The position numbers and the translations under genes were made by a program. This document shows positions 23,611 to 33,368 of a stretch of 37,879 bases of DNA, piece by piece. The notes beneath the pieces were generated by a model. It had not been told where the DNA came from. It saw only the letters and a program-made list of their open reading frames with translations, and made no database searches. Each line of letters opens with the position of its first letter. Positions within the stretch are counted from its first letter, which is position 1. The stretch is taken from assembly GCA_965364395.1 (NCBI GenBank), contig CBDTXE010000001.1:1-37879 (forward strand). Reading direction: 5' to 3'. This DNA is from an uncultured bacterium (GTDB lineage Bacteria; Patescibacteriota; Saccharimonadia; UBA4664; SCTI01).

Positions 23611-24546
23611 TTAACGGATCGCCAAGACTACCTTGCCGGAGACGCCGCCGGATTCACGGACGCGGAAAGCTTGTGCTACATCGTTCAGAGGAAAAACTTT
23701 GCTGACTTGGGGTTTGATGGCTCCGGACTCGACAAGTTCGCGCAACTGATCGAGTGCTTGTGAGGTTGTTTTTGTGGCCTGGGTAATAGCGGTGACGCCA
23801 CGTTCAGCGGCGACCCCTTGGTCCGCCTGGGCGATCATCGATACGGCAATACCGCCGCGCCTGAGTATTTTGAGCGCCTGAGTGAAGTCGTTGCCGCCCA
23901 CGGTATCAAAAACGGCGTCAAATTCCGTGAGGATGGTGGAAAAATCTTCGGCTTTGTAGTCGATGACCTGGTCGGCCCCCAATGATTGGGCTTTGCCCAT
24001 AGCTTCACCGGTAGCCGTTGTGGCTACGGTTGCGCCTAGGTGCTTGGCGAGCTGAATGGCGATTGTGCCAATGCCGCCGGCGCCGCCGTGGATAAACAGT
24101 TTTTGTCCGGGTTGAAGATTGATGTGCGTTACCAATGACTGAAGGGCACTCAGTCCAACCAGCGGCAGAGAAGCGGCGGATTGGAAGTCCAGGTTACTAG
24201 GCATGAGGGCAACTTGGTTAGCACCGGTGAGGGCGTATTCTGCAAACGCGCCGCTGTTGCCGGCGACCACGTTGGCCTGGCCGTAAACTTTATCGCCGGT
24301 TGCCACGTTGCTTACTCCGGCGCCCACGCCGGTAACAACGCCGGCAATGTCGCCGCCCAGAGTGGCCGGAAACTGCAAGGGGATGGCGTCTTTCATGCGC
24401 CCTGACCGCACCGAGGTATCAAACGGATTGAGGCTGGCGGCATGGACCTCTACCAATACCTTGCCGTCGTTTACGGATGGTGTGGCAATGTCTTGTATCT
24501 TAATTACGCTGGGGTCGCCGTATTCATGGATGCGGGCAGCCTTCAA
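23611..24546 (-). CDS. NADPH:quinone oxidoreductase / zinc-type alcohol dehydrogenase superfamily (MDR)
   Basis: MKA..I.EYG.P.V, SLNP.D, the Rossmann motif GGAGGIG and C-terminal GKVVL. Confidence 0.9.
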   Translation of the reverse strand: MKAARIHEYGDPSVIKIQDIATPSVNDGKVLVEVHAASLNPFDTSVRSGRMKDAIPLQFPATLGGDIAGVVTGVGAGVSNVATGDKVYGQANVVAGNSGAFAEYALTGANQVALMPSNLDFQSAASLPLVGLSALQSLVTHINLQPGQKLFIHGGAGGIGTIAIQLAKHLGATVATTATGEAMGKAQSLGADQVIDYKAEDFSTILTEFDAVFDTVGGNDFTQALKILRRGGIAVSMIAQADQGVAAERGVTAITQATKTTSQALDQLRELVESGAIKPQVSKVFPLNDVAQAFRVRESGGVSGKVVLAIR

Positions 24547-24586
24547 ATTGCCTCCTTGTGGATATTTACAGACACAAGTATAAGGC

Positions 24587-25378
24587 TTAGCTGGAGCGTA
24601 TGGCTTGGATGTATCGCCAAAGGGCGGCCAAACTGGCGGCCACGACGATGCTAACCATAATCATTGGCGGGAGGGCGTCGGGCGTATTCATCAGAATAGT
24701 TGCCGCGACGATGCTGGTGCCCATCAGGACCGAGAATGCTAACCACGGCGCCGCAAAGAATTGGCCGGCCTTGGAGCCGCGCAGCATCATCACTCCGGTG
24801 ATAATGAAGGCCGGCAATACCAAGGCAAGGTCAATCACATGGATGGGGTTCACCCACAAGCCGGCTTCCTGCAGGCTTTTTGGTACGGTGCCACCGGCGA
24901 TGGCCGGGATAACCTCACTCAGCCACAACAGCCCAAACAGAGAGCCGATGCCAATCAGGGTGTATGCCGCGTGTTTGAAGGCGCCGGCGTACTTGGCGGA
25001 CATGCTGCGCATGCGGCCAAGGTTGAAGACGATGGCGTAGACACTGAGGCCTAGCACGGCAACGTATATGAGGAAAAGGTAGTTGAAATGCAGGGCAAAC
25101 GCATAAACGGCATAAGCGTAGACAAAGTACAGCAGAGTACCTAACCAAACTAAGGCCGCCTTCAGGGATCCGCGGGCGTAGAGATAGCCGCTGACAATTA
25201 GCACGGCGACCGCTATTAGGTTTCCTATGTCCTGTCCTTTTGCTTGTGAAATCCAGTTTTGGGTTTCTTGGGCATAAACTGCGGCGTCTGTAAGCCCAGC
25301 CACGCTGGCCATTGATGACAGTCCTGCAATCAGTGCGGACCAAGTCATAATTGAGCTAGGGTTTGTTTTGGTTGCCAT
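24587..25378 (-). CDS. hypothetical polytopic membrane protein
   Basis: 263 aa with about 8 hydrophobic helices. No family was recognised. Confidence 0.72.
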   Translation of the reverse strand: MATKTNPSSIMTWSALIAGLSSMASVAGLTDAAVYAQETQNWISQAKGQDIGNLIAVAVLIVSGYLYARGSLKAALVWLGTLLYFVYAYAVYAFALHFNYLFLIYVAVLGLSVYAIVFNLGRMRSMSAKYAGAFKHAAYTLIGIGSLFGLLWLSEVIPAIAGGTVPKSLQEAGLWVNPIHVIDLALVLPAFIITGVMMLRGSKAGQFFAAPWLAFSVLMGTSIVAATILMNTPDALPPMIMVSIVVAASLAALWRYIQAIRSS

Positions 25379-25444
25379 ATAGATCCTTTCTACAACCGCT
25401 TAGTATAGGCCTTTATGGCGTTTGGTGAGATGATGCCAGTCATA

Positions 25445-25473
25445 TTGACGCATGTATAAGTAAATGGTATAAT
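25445..25473 (+). promoter_or_regulatory. near-perfect sigma70 promoter (TTGACG-N17-TATAAT)
   Basis: Read directly. It points into the GC-rich patch 25550..26040. Confidence 0.55.
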
Positions 25474-25605
25474 AACATCTCCTTCTCCATACAGAGTATC
25501 AGTCACGGGAGCTTGAGCATTGCCTGCTTCCAGTTGCTGATACGGCGACTGGTTGAAGGGGTACATGCCCAAGTGCCCTGCGGGGCAAGACCGAGAGGAG
25601 CCCAA

Positions 25606-25920
25606 GTGGCTACCTTGTGGTACCGTTCCAACTGCTACGGGAACATGCCCGAGTGCAACTTCCGCCCGCACGGCGATTTGAAGTCGTGTGACGGCGGCGA
25701 CGAGTCGCCGGCGGCGGAAGCGCGCAGGCGGGAACTGATCGAACTCACGGGCGACCGCAACACCCACCGTACGCTCCGGCTGGTTATCCATGCCGGCCAC
25801 GAGGACCAGGTGGCGGCGATCGCCGGGCGGCTCAGCCGCCCGTTCAACGAGTTCACCTCGGAAACGGCCATTGTGATTTTGGCCGCCGAGGGGCTTCCCC
25901 ATCTGGGAGCGGCCGCCTAG
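25606..25920 (+). CDS. hypothetical protein (104 aa, GTG start; GC-rich, foreign-looking)
   Basis: SD GAGAGGAG lies 5 nt upstream of the GTG. The frame has a strong G/C third-position bias. The alternative ATG start at 25645 has a poorer SD. Confidence 0.45.
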   Translation: MATLWYRSNCYGNMPECNFRPHGDLKSCDGGDESPAAEARRRELIELTGDRNTHRTLRLVIHAGHEDQVAAIAGRLSRPFNEFTSETAIVILAAEGLPHLGAAA

Positions 25921-26005
25921 CGGCTCGCCTACGCAAAAACGACCACGGAGGTGCAGACATGCGATGTTAGGCTGAGTTTCATCTCAACCTTCATACTGGC
26001 CCGCG

Positions 26006-26038
26006 GAAGAGGCTCGCGCTTCAACCGCGGGCCTCTTC
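26006..26038 (+). terminator. 13 bp GC-rich hairpin between the convergent CDS 25606..25920 and gpmA
   Basis: GAAGAGGCTCGCG-cttcaac-CGCGGGCCTCTTC followed by TATTT. It may serve both strands. Confidence 0.5.
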
Positions 26039-26041
26039 TAT

Positions 26042-26674
26042 TTACGCCGGCGGCAGCGCGGTATCGATCATTTTTACTTCCTTATCCACCAGCTTGCCGC
26101 TGTCATCCACGCGGTAGCGAAGGACCGTGCCAAAGACCATCTCAAGATCCTCTACGCCCTTGTCGCTAATGGATTCAATGTATTTCATTAGCGATCGGAT
26201 GGAATTTCCGTGCGCGACCACTAGGATTGTTTTGCCGTCTTTGAGCTGCGGCAGGATCGTATCCAAATAAAAAGGTACCGTGCGCTCATAGACTTGCTTT
26301 AGCGACTCGCCCCCGGGAATGTCCTTGTCCCATCCTCGTCTGATTTGGTTGAACTCGTCCTCGCCAACGGCGTCCTTGACTTCCCACTTGTTTTTGCCCG
26401 TGTAAACTCCATAGTCGCGCTCATTAATGGCGCCGGCGGTCTCATATGGAAACTCCGCGCCCATGCCCTGCATCATCTCCTGGAGTGTCTCCTCCGTCCG
26501 GTGCTGCTGGGAGACGTATGCTAGGTCGACGTGGATTCCCCTCAGTGTCTCCCCGTACTTGCGGCCTTCCTCGCGGCCTTTCTTTGTTAAACGAATGTCC
26601 GTTATGCCGGTCCATTTGCCGAGCGCGTTCCACTCGGATTCCCCATGGCGCACGATTATCAGTTCACCTTGCAT
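26042..26674 (-). CDS. gpmA: 2,3-bisphosphoglycerate-dependent phosphoglycerate mutase (histidine phosphatase family)
   Basis: LIIVRHGESEWN, the catalytic His motif and AHGNSIR. I prefer the second ATG (MQGELIIVRHG), which has SD GAGG. The ORF-track start is 26701. Confidence 0.9.
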   Translation of the reverse strand: MQGELIIVRHGESEWNALGKWTGITDIRLTKKGREEGRKYGETLRGIHVDLAYVSQQHRTEETLQEMMQGMGAEFPYETAGAINERDYGVYTGKNKWEVKDAVGEDEFNQIRRGWDKDIPGGESLKQVYERTVPFYLDTILPQLKDGKTILVVAHGNSIRSLMKYIESISDKGVEDLEMVFGTVLRYRVDDSGKLVDKEVKMIDTALPPA

Positions 26675-26771
26675 GGCTGCCTCGCTCTTATTGGTAACCA
26701 TTATGCCGGAAGGTCGCGGGCGGTGCTATGAAGATCACAGCCCGCATAGTGATTATTGCTATGATAACGCT

Positions 26772-27383
26772 ATGGCACGTTCAACATACAGACAGTGGGT
26801 AAAGACGGTGACATTGGGCGAGTTCCTTGGTTTCATCATCCCTTCGGTCGTGGGCGCAGTGACGTTTGCCATGAATTTACCCCAGGTTGTCCAGATGGGC
26901 GCGATGGTGGTCGCCGGAATCGGGGAAGGTGCGGTGTTGGGCTCATTTCAGGCCCGGGTGCTAGGCAGCCATATACCCAAGTTCAGCCGGCCCGAATGGG
27001 TCAAGGCCACGATGGCGGGAGCGGGCTTCGCTTGGCTACTAGGCATGGTTCCAAGTACGATTGGCGAGCGCTTAACGGAGGTTCCATTACTGGTCCTAGT
27101 CCCGGCCATGGCAGTTCTGGGTACCGCCCTACTGTTCTCTATTGGTGTACTGCAATACCGGGTGCTGAGGCGGTATGTCAAGGGAGCCAAGAAGTGGATT
27201 TGGATCAACGTGGCCGCGTGGCTGATGGGACTCGTCGTCTGCTTTACTTTTATCGGCATCGCGCCTGAAGGTGTAGCGCCGGTAATTGGGTTCAGTGCTG
27301 CCGGTGGCCTGGGAATGGCATTTGCGATGGCGGCGGTTACCGGCATTTATGCGGCTCGCGCCATGGAGAAGAAGCGGCTATAG
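26772..27383 (+). CDS. hypothetical membrane protein
   Basis: About 6 TM helices. The start is trimmed to MARSTYRQW because the longer ORF overlaps gpmA on the opposite strand. Confidence 0.62.
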   Translation: MARSTYRQWVKTVTLGEFLGFIIPSVVGAVTFAMNLPQVVQMGAMVVAGIGEGAVLGSFQARVLGSHIPKFSRPEWVKATMAGAGFAWLLGMVPSTIGERLTEVPLLVLVPAMAVLGTALLFSIGVLQYRVLRRYVKGAKKWIWINVAAWLMGLVVCFTFIGIAPEGVAPVIGFSAAGGLGMAFAMAAVTGIYAARAMEKKRL

Positions 27384-27405
27384 TGAGCACAAATGCTTGG
27401 ATAGC

Positions 27406-27431
27406 AACCGGGGCCTATGCCCCGGTTTTTG
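27406..27431 (+). terminator. canonical intrinsic terminator
   Basis: AACCGGGGC-ctat-GCCCCGGTT followed by TTTGT. Confidence 0.7.
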
Positions 27432-27499
27432 TACTGCTTGCTAAGGCGCCCATAATCTCACTGGTATACACTGAGTGCTTATAAACATGTGGAGGTATC

Positions 27500-27838
27500 A
27501 TGCCCAAGTTTTTAATTATTCATAATGCCGATGAGCGTTCACGGGAGTTTATGGCCAAGTTCTCTGCCGAAGAAAAGCAAGCCGGGATGGCAGCCTGGAT
27601 GGCATGGAAAGATGAGGCCGAAAAGACAGTGAAGTTTGAATGGGGGCTGCCTTTGCAGCCGGTGGCACGGGTGACGCCTCAAGGCGAAGCTGACTGCGAC
27701 AACCAGGCGTCCGGCTATTCGATTATTGAAGCGGATTCTAAGGATGACGTAGTGGCGGTGCTGAAAAATCACCCCCATTTGGAGCGGGACGGTGCCACGA
27801 TGGACGTTCTGGAGATGATACCCATCTCAGAAATGTAG
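27500..27838 (+). CDS. hypothetical small cytoplasmic protein
   Basis: SD GGAGG lies upstream. The gene is 112 aa. No confident family call was possible. Confidence 0.68.
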   Translation: MPKFLIIHNADERSREFMAKFSAEEKQAGMAAWMAWKDEAEKTVKFEWGLPLQPVARVTPQGEADCDNQASGYSIIEADSKDDVVAVLKNHPHLERDGATMDVLEMIPISEM

Positions 27839-27935
27839 GTTAGGTGCGTGTCCGGGCGACTGATCTAAGGGGTGACGCCGGTCATTGCAGGCGACGTTCT
27901 TGAGGCGTAGTTATGGGGAGTGATGGAGAATAGCA

Positions 27936-28277
27936 ATGAACGATCAAATAGGCATGATAGTCGTGACAACCGAGGGTGTGCAGGGATACGACGTCGCCGA
28001 ACCTAAGGTCCAGGTGTTTGGTCTGGTGGTGCGTAGCCGGGGCTTGGGTGGAAATATTAGGGCTGGCCTGAGATCGCTGGCAGGAGGTGAAATCATCGAG
28101 TACACGGAGATGCTTGAAGACGCCCGCCGGAACGCCCTTGACCGCATGGTTAAGAACGCGGCCGCGATGGGCGCCAACGGCGTTGTGCGGATGCAATTTG
28201 ACTCATCGGAAATGGGAAACACCATGAGCGAGATCGTGGCGTACGGAACGGCCGTGATACTAAAAAAGCAACCGTGA
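27936..28277 (+). CDS. YbjQ/UPF0145 family protein (putative heavy-metal-binding)
   Basis: The pattern ...G..V....G.V.G..VRS..........L....GGE...Y...L...R..A..RM...A...GANGVV...FD is typical of the family. Confidence 0.85.
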   Translation: MNDQIGMIVVTTEGVQGYDVAEPKVQVFGLVVRSRGLGGNIRAGLRSLAGGEIIEYTEMLEDARRNALDRMVKNAAAMGANGVVRMQFDSSEMGNTMSEIVAYGTAVILKKQP

Positions 28278-28576
28278 GTCCGTTGCGAATTCTGTTAGGC
28301 ACGTACGGGGTGGCCTGTCTGGCCGGTGCCGCGTACTTGCTGTGGCGCGGCGTGTCTGGCTGGACGTCGCTAGCTGTAGCTTATCTTGTGTTTAACGGCG
28401 CCCTAATTATGATGGCGGCGGTCTTGCGCAGTCGGCGTTACAAGGCCAAAGCCGGCGCCGATGGCCCATGGCAGCCGACGGGCGAAAAATTTGTGGATGA
28501 CACGTCAGGCCAACTGGTCGAGGTTTACGTCAACCCTACAACCGGCGACCGGAAATACGAGCCAATCCGGCGCTAG
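28274..28576 (+). CDS. hypothetical small membrane protein
   Basis: The GTG start overlaps the ybjQ-like stop. There are two or three TM helices. Confidence 0.5.
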   Translation: MSPLRILLGTYGVACLAGAAYLLWRGVSGWTSLAVAYLVFNGALIMMAAVLRSRRYKAKAGADGPWQPTGEKFVDDTSGQLVEVYVNPTTGDRKYEPIRR

Positions 28577-28644
28577 CGGCAAAAATAGGGTGCGACTCCA
28601 CCAAGGCCTTTGCAATTATTGGTTCAAGCAAATATTGTACGAAC

Positions 28645-29430
28645 ATGGATTTCTTTTATGCCATCGCCGCCGCGGTGGCGATCAGCCTAATTTCGCTCAT
28701 CGCCATATTGGTTGTGCCGCGCAAATGGGACCACTCAATGGAGCAGCGGTTGCTGGGTTTTGCCGTAGGCGTCATGCTGACGACCGCTACTCTGCACCTG
28801 CTTCCTGAAGCGGTCGAAGCCACGGCAGGACACGGTGCGTATTACGCGTTGCTGGCCGGAATCATCGGGTTCCTGTTTCTGGAGCGGTTGTTCCGCGGGT
28901 TCCATTCCCACCAACAAGGCTCGCGGAAGGCGCCAGGCTACTTGGTTATCGTGGGCGATGGCTTGCATAACTTCATCGACGGCTTGGCCATAGGAGTCGC
29001 CTTTCAGGTTAGCCCCACTCTAGGCGTCGTGACGACGGTGGCGATTGCCGCGCACGAAATTCCACAGGAAATTGCGGACTTTGTGGTACTGCGCAAGGCC
29101 GGCTTTAGCCGCCAGCGGGCGCTGCTGGTCAATGCTGCCTCGGCGTTCATGGCGCTGCTGGGAACCGTGCTGACATTTGGCTTTGGCGACTTTTTCCACG
29201 CGTATGAGGGCTTGGCGCTGGCATTGACCGCGGGCATCTTTTTGTACATTGCAGCGGCTGACATTATCCCTGAGCTGAACCATGAGCATACGGCCGGCAA
29301 CAAGTTTGCCCTACCCATGGTCCTGGGTGTGTTGGTGATTATCGCGCTGACGATGGTAGTGCCCGAACATCAAGATACCTCCCAGCCGGAAGCCGCCAGC
29401 CGCAGCGCCCAAGCTATAATAGGGCCATGA
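28645..29430 (+). CDS. ZIP family divalent metal transporter (ZupT-like)
   Basis: Motifs HNFIDGLAIG and HEIPQEIADF, with about 8 TM helices. Confidence 0.88.
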   Translation: MDFFYAIAAAVAISLISLIAILVVPRKWDHSMEQRLLGFAVGVMLTTATLHLLPEAVEATAGHGAYYALLAGIIGFLFLERLFRGFHSHQQGSRKAPGYLVIVGDGLHNFIDGLAIGVAFQVSPTLGVVTTVAIAAHEIPQEIADFVVLRKAGFSRQRALLVNAASAFMALLGTVLTFGFGDFFHAYEGLALALTAGIFLYIAAADIIPELNHEHTAGNKFALPMVLGVLVIIALTMVVPEHQDTSQPEAASRSAQAIIGP

Positions 29431-30794
29431 TCCAAATCTATGACACTCTAACTAAGGGACTGCGGCCCCTTGAGCCAACGCAGGGAAAAAAAGTGCGGAT
29501 GTTTGTCTGCGGGCCAACCGTTTACGACTATTCACATTTGGGGCACGGTAAGACGTACACTCAGTTTGACTTTATTGCGCGCTATCTCCGTTACCGGGGC
29601 TATGAGGTCACATACCTGCAAAACATCACCAATATTGATGACAAGATCATCGCCCGGGCGCAGGAGGGGGGCATTCAGTGGGAAGGCCTGACCCGTGAGT
29701 ATGAAGGCTACTACCACCAGGATATGCAAGCGCTGCATATCAGCGGAGTGAGCAAGTACGCCCGTGCCACCGACTATATCCAACAGATCATCGCCCAGGT
29801 GCAGGCGCTGCTGGATAAGGGGCACGCCTATGTGGCGGAAGACGGGGTCTATTTTGAAGTGGCGACGTTCGAGGGCTACGGCAAGTTATCGGGGCGGACG
29901 CACGTGGAGGAAGATGACGCGCGCACCCGCATTGACGAGAGCCAGCATAAGCGCGGCTGGAACGATTTTGCATTGTGGAAGTTTGCCAAGCCCGGCGAGC
30001 CGGAGTGGGAGGCGCCGTTTGGCAAGGGGCGGCCTGGGTGGCACATTGAGGACACGGCTATCACCGAGGCAGAGTTTGGCCCGCAGTATGAACTGCACGG
30101 CGGCGCCATCGACCTGATATTCCCGCACCATGAAGCTGAACTGACACAGATGGAGGCGGTTTCGGGCGTGTCACCAATGGTCCAGGTGTGGATGCATGGT
30201 GGGTTCTTGAACACCGGCAACCGGAAAATGGGCAAGAGCCTGGGTAACTTCACGACCCTGCGGGAAGCCTTGGCAAAATATGATTACCGGGCGCTGCGCT
30301 ACTTGTACCTCAGTGCGCATTACCGCTCACCGCTGGAGTTCAGTGAGGAAACCCTACAGCAGGCGGCGGCCAGCGTTGGTAGGCTGGACGAGTTTACATT
30401 CCAGGTTGAAGGCGGCTTTGATGATGCCGCATCCGCCGCTGCGGTGGAAACTACACGCGCGGCCATTGAGTCGGCCCTGGATAACGATTTCAATACACCC
30501 GCGGCTTGGGCGGCGATCCACGAGTTCATCAAAGAAGAGAACGGATCGCGCCGACCCGGAAAACGAGTGTGGGCGTTGCTTGGGCAGATCAATGAGTACT
30601 TTGGCGTCTTTGACCTGGAAGGCGGCACCAACGAAGACCCGGAAATCGGCCGGTTGGTTGAGCTGCGCGACAAACTGCGCGGCGAGCGCCAATTTGCAGA
30701 GGCGGACCGGGTACGCGAGCAGCTTAGCCGCATGGGCGTCAAGCTTTACGACACCGATGAGGGCACAAAATGGCGCCGCACCGGCAGTCAGTAA
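29427..30794 (+). CDS. cysS: cysteine--tRNA ligase
   Basis: CGPTVYDYSHLGH (HIGH-type motif), the KMGKS (KMSKS) motif and the typical class I CysRS layout. Confidence 0.95.
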   Translation: MIQIYDTLTKGLRPLEPTQGKKVRMFVCGPTVYDYSHLGHGKTYTQFDFIARYLRYRGYEVTYLQNITNIDDKIIARAQEGGIQWEGLTREYEGYYHQDMQALHISGVSKYARATDYIQQIIAQVQALLDKGHAYVAEDGVYFEVATFEGYGKLSGRTHVEEDDARTRIDESQHKRGWNDFALWKFAKPGEPEWEAPFGKGRPGWHIEDTAITEAEFGPQYELHGGAIDLIFPHHEAELTQMEAVSGVSPMVQVWMHGGFLNTGNRKMGKSLGNFTTLREALAKYDYRALRYLYLSAHYRSPLEFSEETLQQAAASVGRLDEFTFQVEGGFDDAASAAAVETTRAAIESALDNDFNTPAAWAAIHEFIKEENGSRRPGKRVWALLGQINEYFGVFDLEGGTNEDPEIGRLVELRDKLRGERQFAEADRVREQLSRMGVKLYDTDEGTKWRRTGSQ

Positions 30795-30864
30795 AGCGCG
30801 CGATCATTTACGAATGCCCATCAGAGACGCTATTATAGCGTAAGCGTTTTAAGTTGGTGGGCGA

Positions 30865-33294
30865 GTGGGCGGACCGCAGGCAAAGCAGACCAAAAGGCCT
30901 CCCGAGCGGGTGAGGGGCAACATAGACCGTCTGGCTATCGGGCTGTCGGTCCTGCTAGTGCTGCTGGCGCTTAGTAACTACGCCGCGCGGCATCCGTACT
31001 TATTCCAGTGGACGTGGAATTCCTTTGCGATCCTCTCGGCAATTATGGTGGCGGCCAACGTTGTGCTGCTGTACGTTCTAGCCCGCCGTCCAGGTAACGC
31101 CGCGATGAAGTTTTGGTTTGGGTTGGACATGGCCGCGGCCACGTTGTGGGGATTTTCAGAGCTTATGATGCGCGTTTCCGCCACGCCGGAGGCGGCCTTT
31201 TTTTGGGGCCGTTTTTCGTATATTGGCCTGGCGGTTCTGCCGGTAGGGTTTTATATGTTTGCCCGGACGTACGTGGGTCAGACCAGTTATCAGCGCGACG
31301 TCGTGACCTCGCTCTGCATCATGCTGTCGGCCGGCATGATGATAGGTATCATGAACAACGACCAGAAGTTTGAGGACATGACACTGACGCCTTTTGCCTG
31401 GGGCTTTGACACTCCCTCGTCGCCCGTTATAAGCATATTTTCCGCCTGGGTAGGGATACTGATAGTACTAGCGCTGGCGCGGTTTGTTGTCCACTATCGA
31501 CGCACAGCCATAGCCGCCCAGCGGGCCCAAATCCGGGTAATCGTCGCAGCGGTGACAATCTCATTAATCGGCACCATCGTGACGGACGTGGTCATGCCCC
31601 GCGCCGGTATCGTGGTACTGCCTATTGGCGTCCTGATTAACACCAGCGTTTCCATGGCGGTACTGTATGCCATCCGTAAGTACGACACGTTTTCAGTCGA
31701 TTTCTCGATGGTGGCCAGTGAGATCCTCGACGCGCTGGGTGAGGCCGTGGTGGTAACCGACAGCCGTTTCAACGTGCGGTTGGCCAACCGCCGGACACTG
31801 GAGTTGACGGGGCTGACCAAGGAGGCGACCGACAGGCTGCCGATGCAAAAACTGCTCGGAAGGGAGGTAAAGCCGCATTTGCAGCGCATCGCCTCAACGC
31901 TTGAGCACGGCAGCACCGCCGAAATCAGTGAGTACGCGTTGCCAAGGCGCCGCCGAGCCGCCCTGGCCGTTCACGTGGCGGTGGCTAAATTGGTGGTGCC
32001 TTACCCTGCCTACATGTTTGTCCTCAGCGACATCACCCAGCTCAAGGCGGCATTTGACCACGAGGTTGATGGCCGGCGTAAGCTTGAGTCCGCCAACCGC
32101 GCTCTGGAGGTGCAACAGAAGGCTTTGGCAAAACTGCTGCAGCAGGATAAGCAGCTGCAAAAAGAACTAGTGCGCCAAAATGAAACGATCGAAATAACAG
32201 TGCAAGAGCGGACTCAGGAGGCTAACGCCGAACGGGCTCGCCTGGAGGCATCAATCAACGCCCTTAACTTGGGGTTTGTGATGACTGATAGCCACCAGGG
32301 AATCATTATCGCCAACTCGGTTGCCCGCAGGTTGTTGGCGGGCGGCAGCATGGAGCATCTGTCGGTAGCCTTGTTGCAGCGCGGGCTGGGTCCGGTGATG
32401 GATTTGAAGTCGGCGATTAGCCAAAGCATGGCTACTCTGACGCCGCTGAAGTACCCATCCGTTTTGGCCGCCGGCAAAGTTCTTAGTATCTTTGTGGCGC
32501 CGGTGATTGAGCACAGCGACAACCGAGCGCTAGGCGCGGTCATCCTGATTGACGATATCACCGAGGCCAAAGCCATTGAGCGGTCACGGGATGAGTTTTT
32601 CTCAATTGCTTCACACGAATTGCGCACGCCCCTGACGGCGATCCGTGGCAATACCCAGATGATGCGGGAGTACTACAAAGACGTCTTTAGTAAGGACAAG
32701 GGCTTGCAGGAAATGCTGGAGGATATCCACGACTCGAGCGTCCGTTTGATTACCATCGTTAACGACTTTCTTGATACGTCGCGGCTGGAGCAAGGAAAAA
32801 TAACATTTGAGTTCAGTAGCTTTTCCATTGGCGAATTAGTGGATGACGTCTTGGGTGAAATAACCAAGGGCGGCCTGAATCCCAAAGTGCGGTTAGTCAA
32901 TGAGGTAGGGGCGGCCATACCGGCCGTGCGGGCGGACCGCGACCGTCTGAAGCAGGTGATTATCAACCTAGCGGGCAACGCCGTGAAATTTACCGACAAA
33001 GGCGTGGTGACCGTTAGGGCGGGCGTTGACCGCGGCATGGTCCGCCTGGATGTGGTTGATACCGGCAAAGGCATTTCTAAAGAGTCGCGCCACCTGCTTT
33101 TCCGCAAATTCCAACAGGCGTCAAAAAACATTCTGACTCGCGACTCAACCCGGTCCACGGGGCTTGGCCTGTACATATCTAAGCTGATTATGAATGGCAT
33201 GGGCGGCCACATTTGGCTGGACAGCTCAGAAGAGGGCAAGGGATCGGTGTTCTCCTTGACCGTGCCGGTAGCTGGGCAAAAACATCTTCAATGA
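30865..33294 (+). CDS. sensor histidine kinase with an N-terminal 7-TM sensor module, PAS-like and coiled-coil regions
   Basis: H-box FFSIASHELRTPLTAIRG, N-box NLAGNAVKFT and G-boxes DTGKGI and GLGLYISK. It uses a GTG start and there is no adjacent response regulator. Confidence 0.9.
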   Translation: MGGPQAKQTKRPPERVRGNIDRLAIGLSVLLVLLALSNYAARHPYLFQWTWNSFAILSAIMVAANVVLLYVLARRPGNAAMKFWFGLDMAAATLWGFSELMMRVSATPEAAFFWGRFSYIGLAVLPVGFYMFARTYVGQTSYQRDVVTSLCIMLSAGMMIGIMNNDQKFEDMTLTPFAWGFDTPSSPVISIFSAWVGILIVLALARFVVHYRRTAIAAQRAQIRVIVAAVTISLIGTIVTDVVMPRAGIVVLPIGVLINTSVSMAVLYAIRKYDTFSVDFSMVASEILDALGEAVVVTDSRFNVRLANRRTLELTGLTKEATDRLPMQKLLGREVKPHLQRIASTLEHGSTAEISEYALPRRRRAALAVHVAVAKLVVPYPAYMFVLSDITQLKAAFDHEVDGRRKLESANRALEVQQKALAKLLQQDKQLQKELVRQNETIEITVQERTQEANAERARLEASINALNLGFVMTDSHQGIIIANSVARRLLAGGSMEHLSVALLQRGLGPVMDLKSAISQSMATLTPLKYPSVLAAGKVLSIFVAPVIEHSDNRALGAVILIDDITEAKAIERSRDEFFSIASHELRTPLTAIRGNTQMMREYYKDVFSKDKGLQEMLEDIHDSSVRLITIVNDFLDTSRLEQGKITFEFSSFSIGELVDDVLGEITKGGLNPKVRLVNEVGAAIPAVRADRDRLKQVIINLAGNAVKFTDKGVVTVRAGVDRGMVRLDVVDTGKGISKESRHLLFRKFQQASKNILTRDSTRSTGLGLYISKLIMNGMGGHIWLDSSEEGKGSVFSLTVPVAGQKHLQ

Positions 33295-33368
33295 GCCTGG
33301 CCCTTGTATTAATCTAAACACTCCGGCCCATGGCCGGCTCTTCATATCCCCGAGAGAGGGAGGCACGT

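Noticed and set aside
25390-25902. 170 aa minus-strand ORF in the GC-rich patch
   Set aside because: It is an Arg/Gly/Pro-rich shadow frame without an SD. G/C falls on the third position of the plus-strand frame 25606..25920, which also has a strong SD.
25474-26040. RNase P RNA, tmRNA, SRP RNA or a known riboswitch between the strong promoter and the hairpin
   Set aside because: By eye I found none of the expected signatures: GGAAAGTCCGGGC-type P4 sequence, tmRNA tRNA-like ends or tag frame, the SRP domain IV motif, or B12, TPP, ZTP or guanidine core motifs. A covariance-model scan is still needed.
26427-26771. N-terminal 115 codons of ORF 26427..27383
   Set aside because: This part overlaps gpmA on the opposite strand. 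The membrane-protein signal begins only after the in-frame ATG at 26772.
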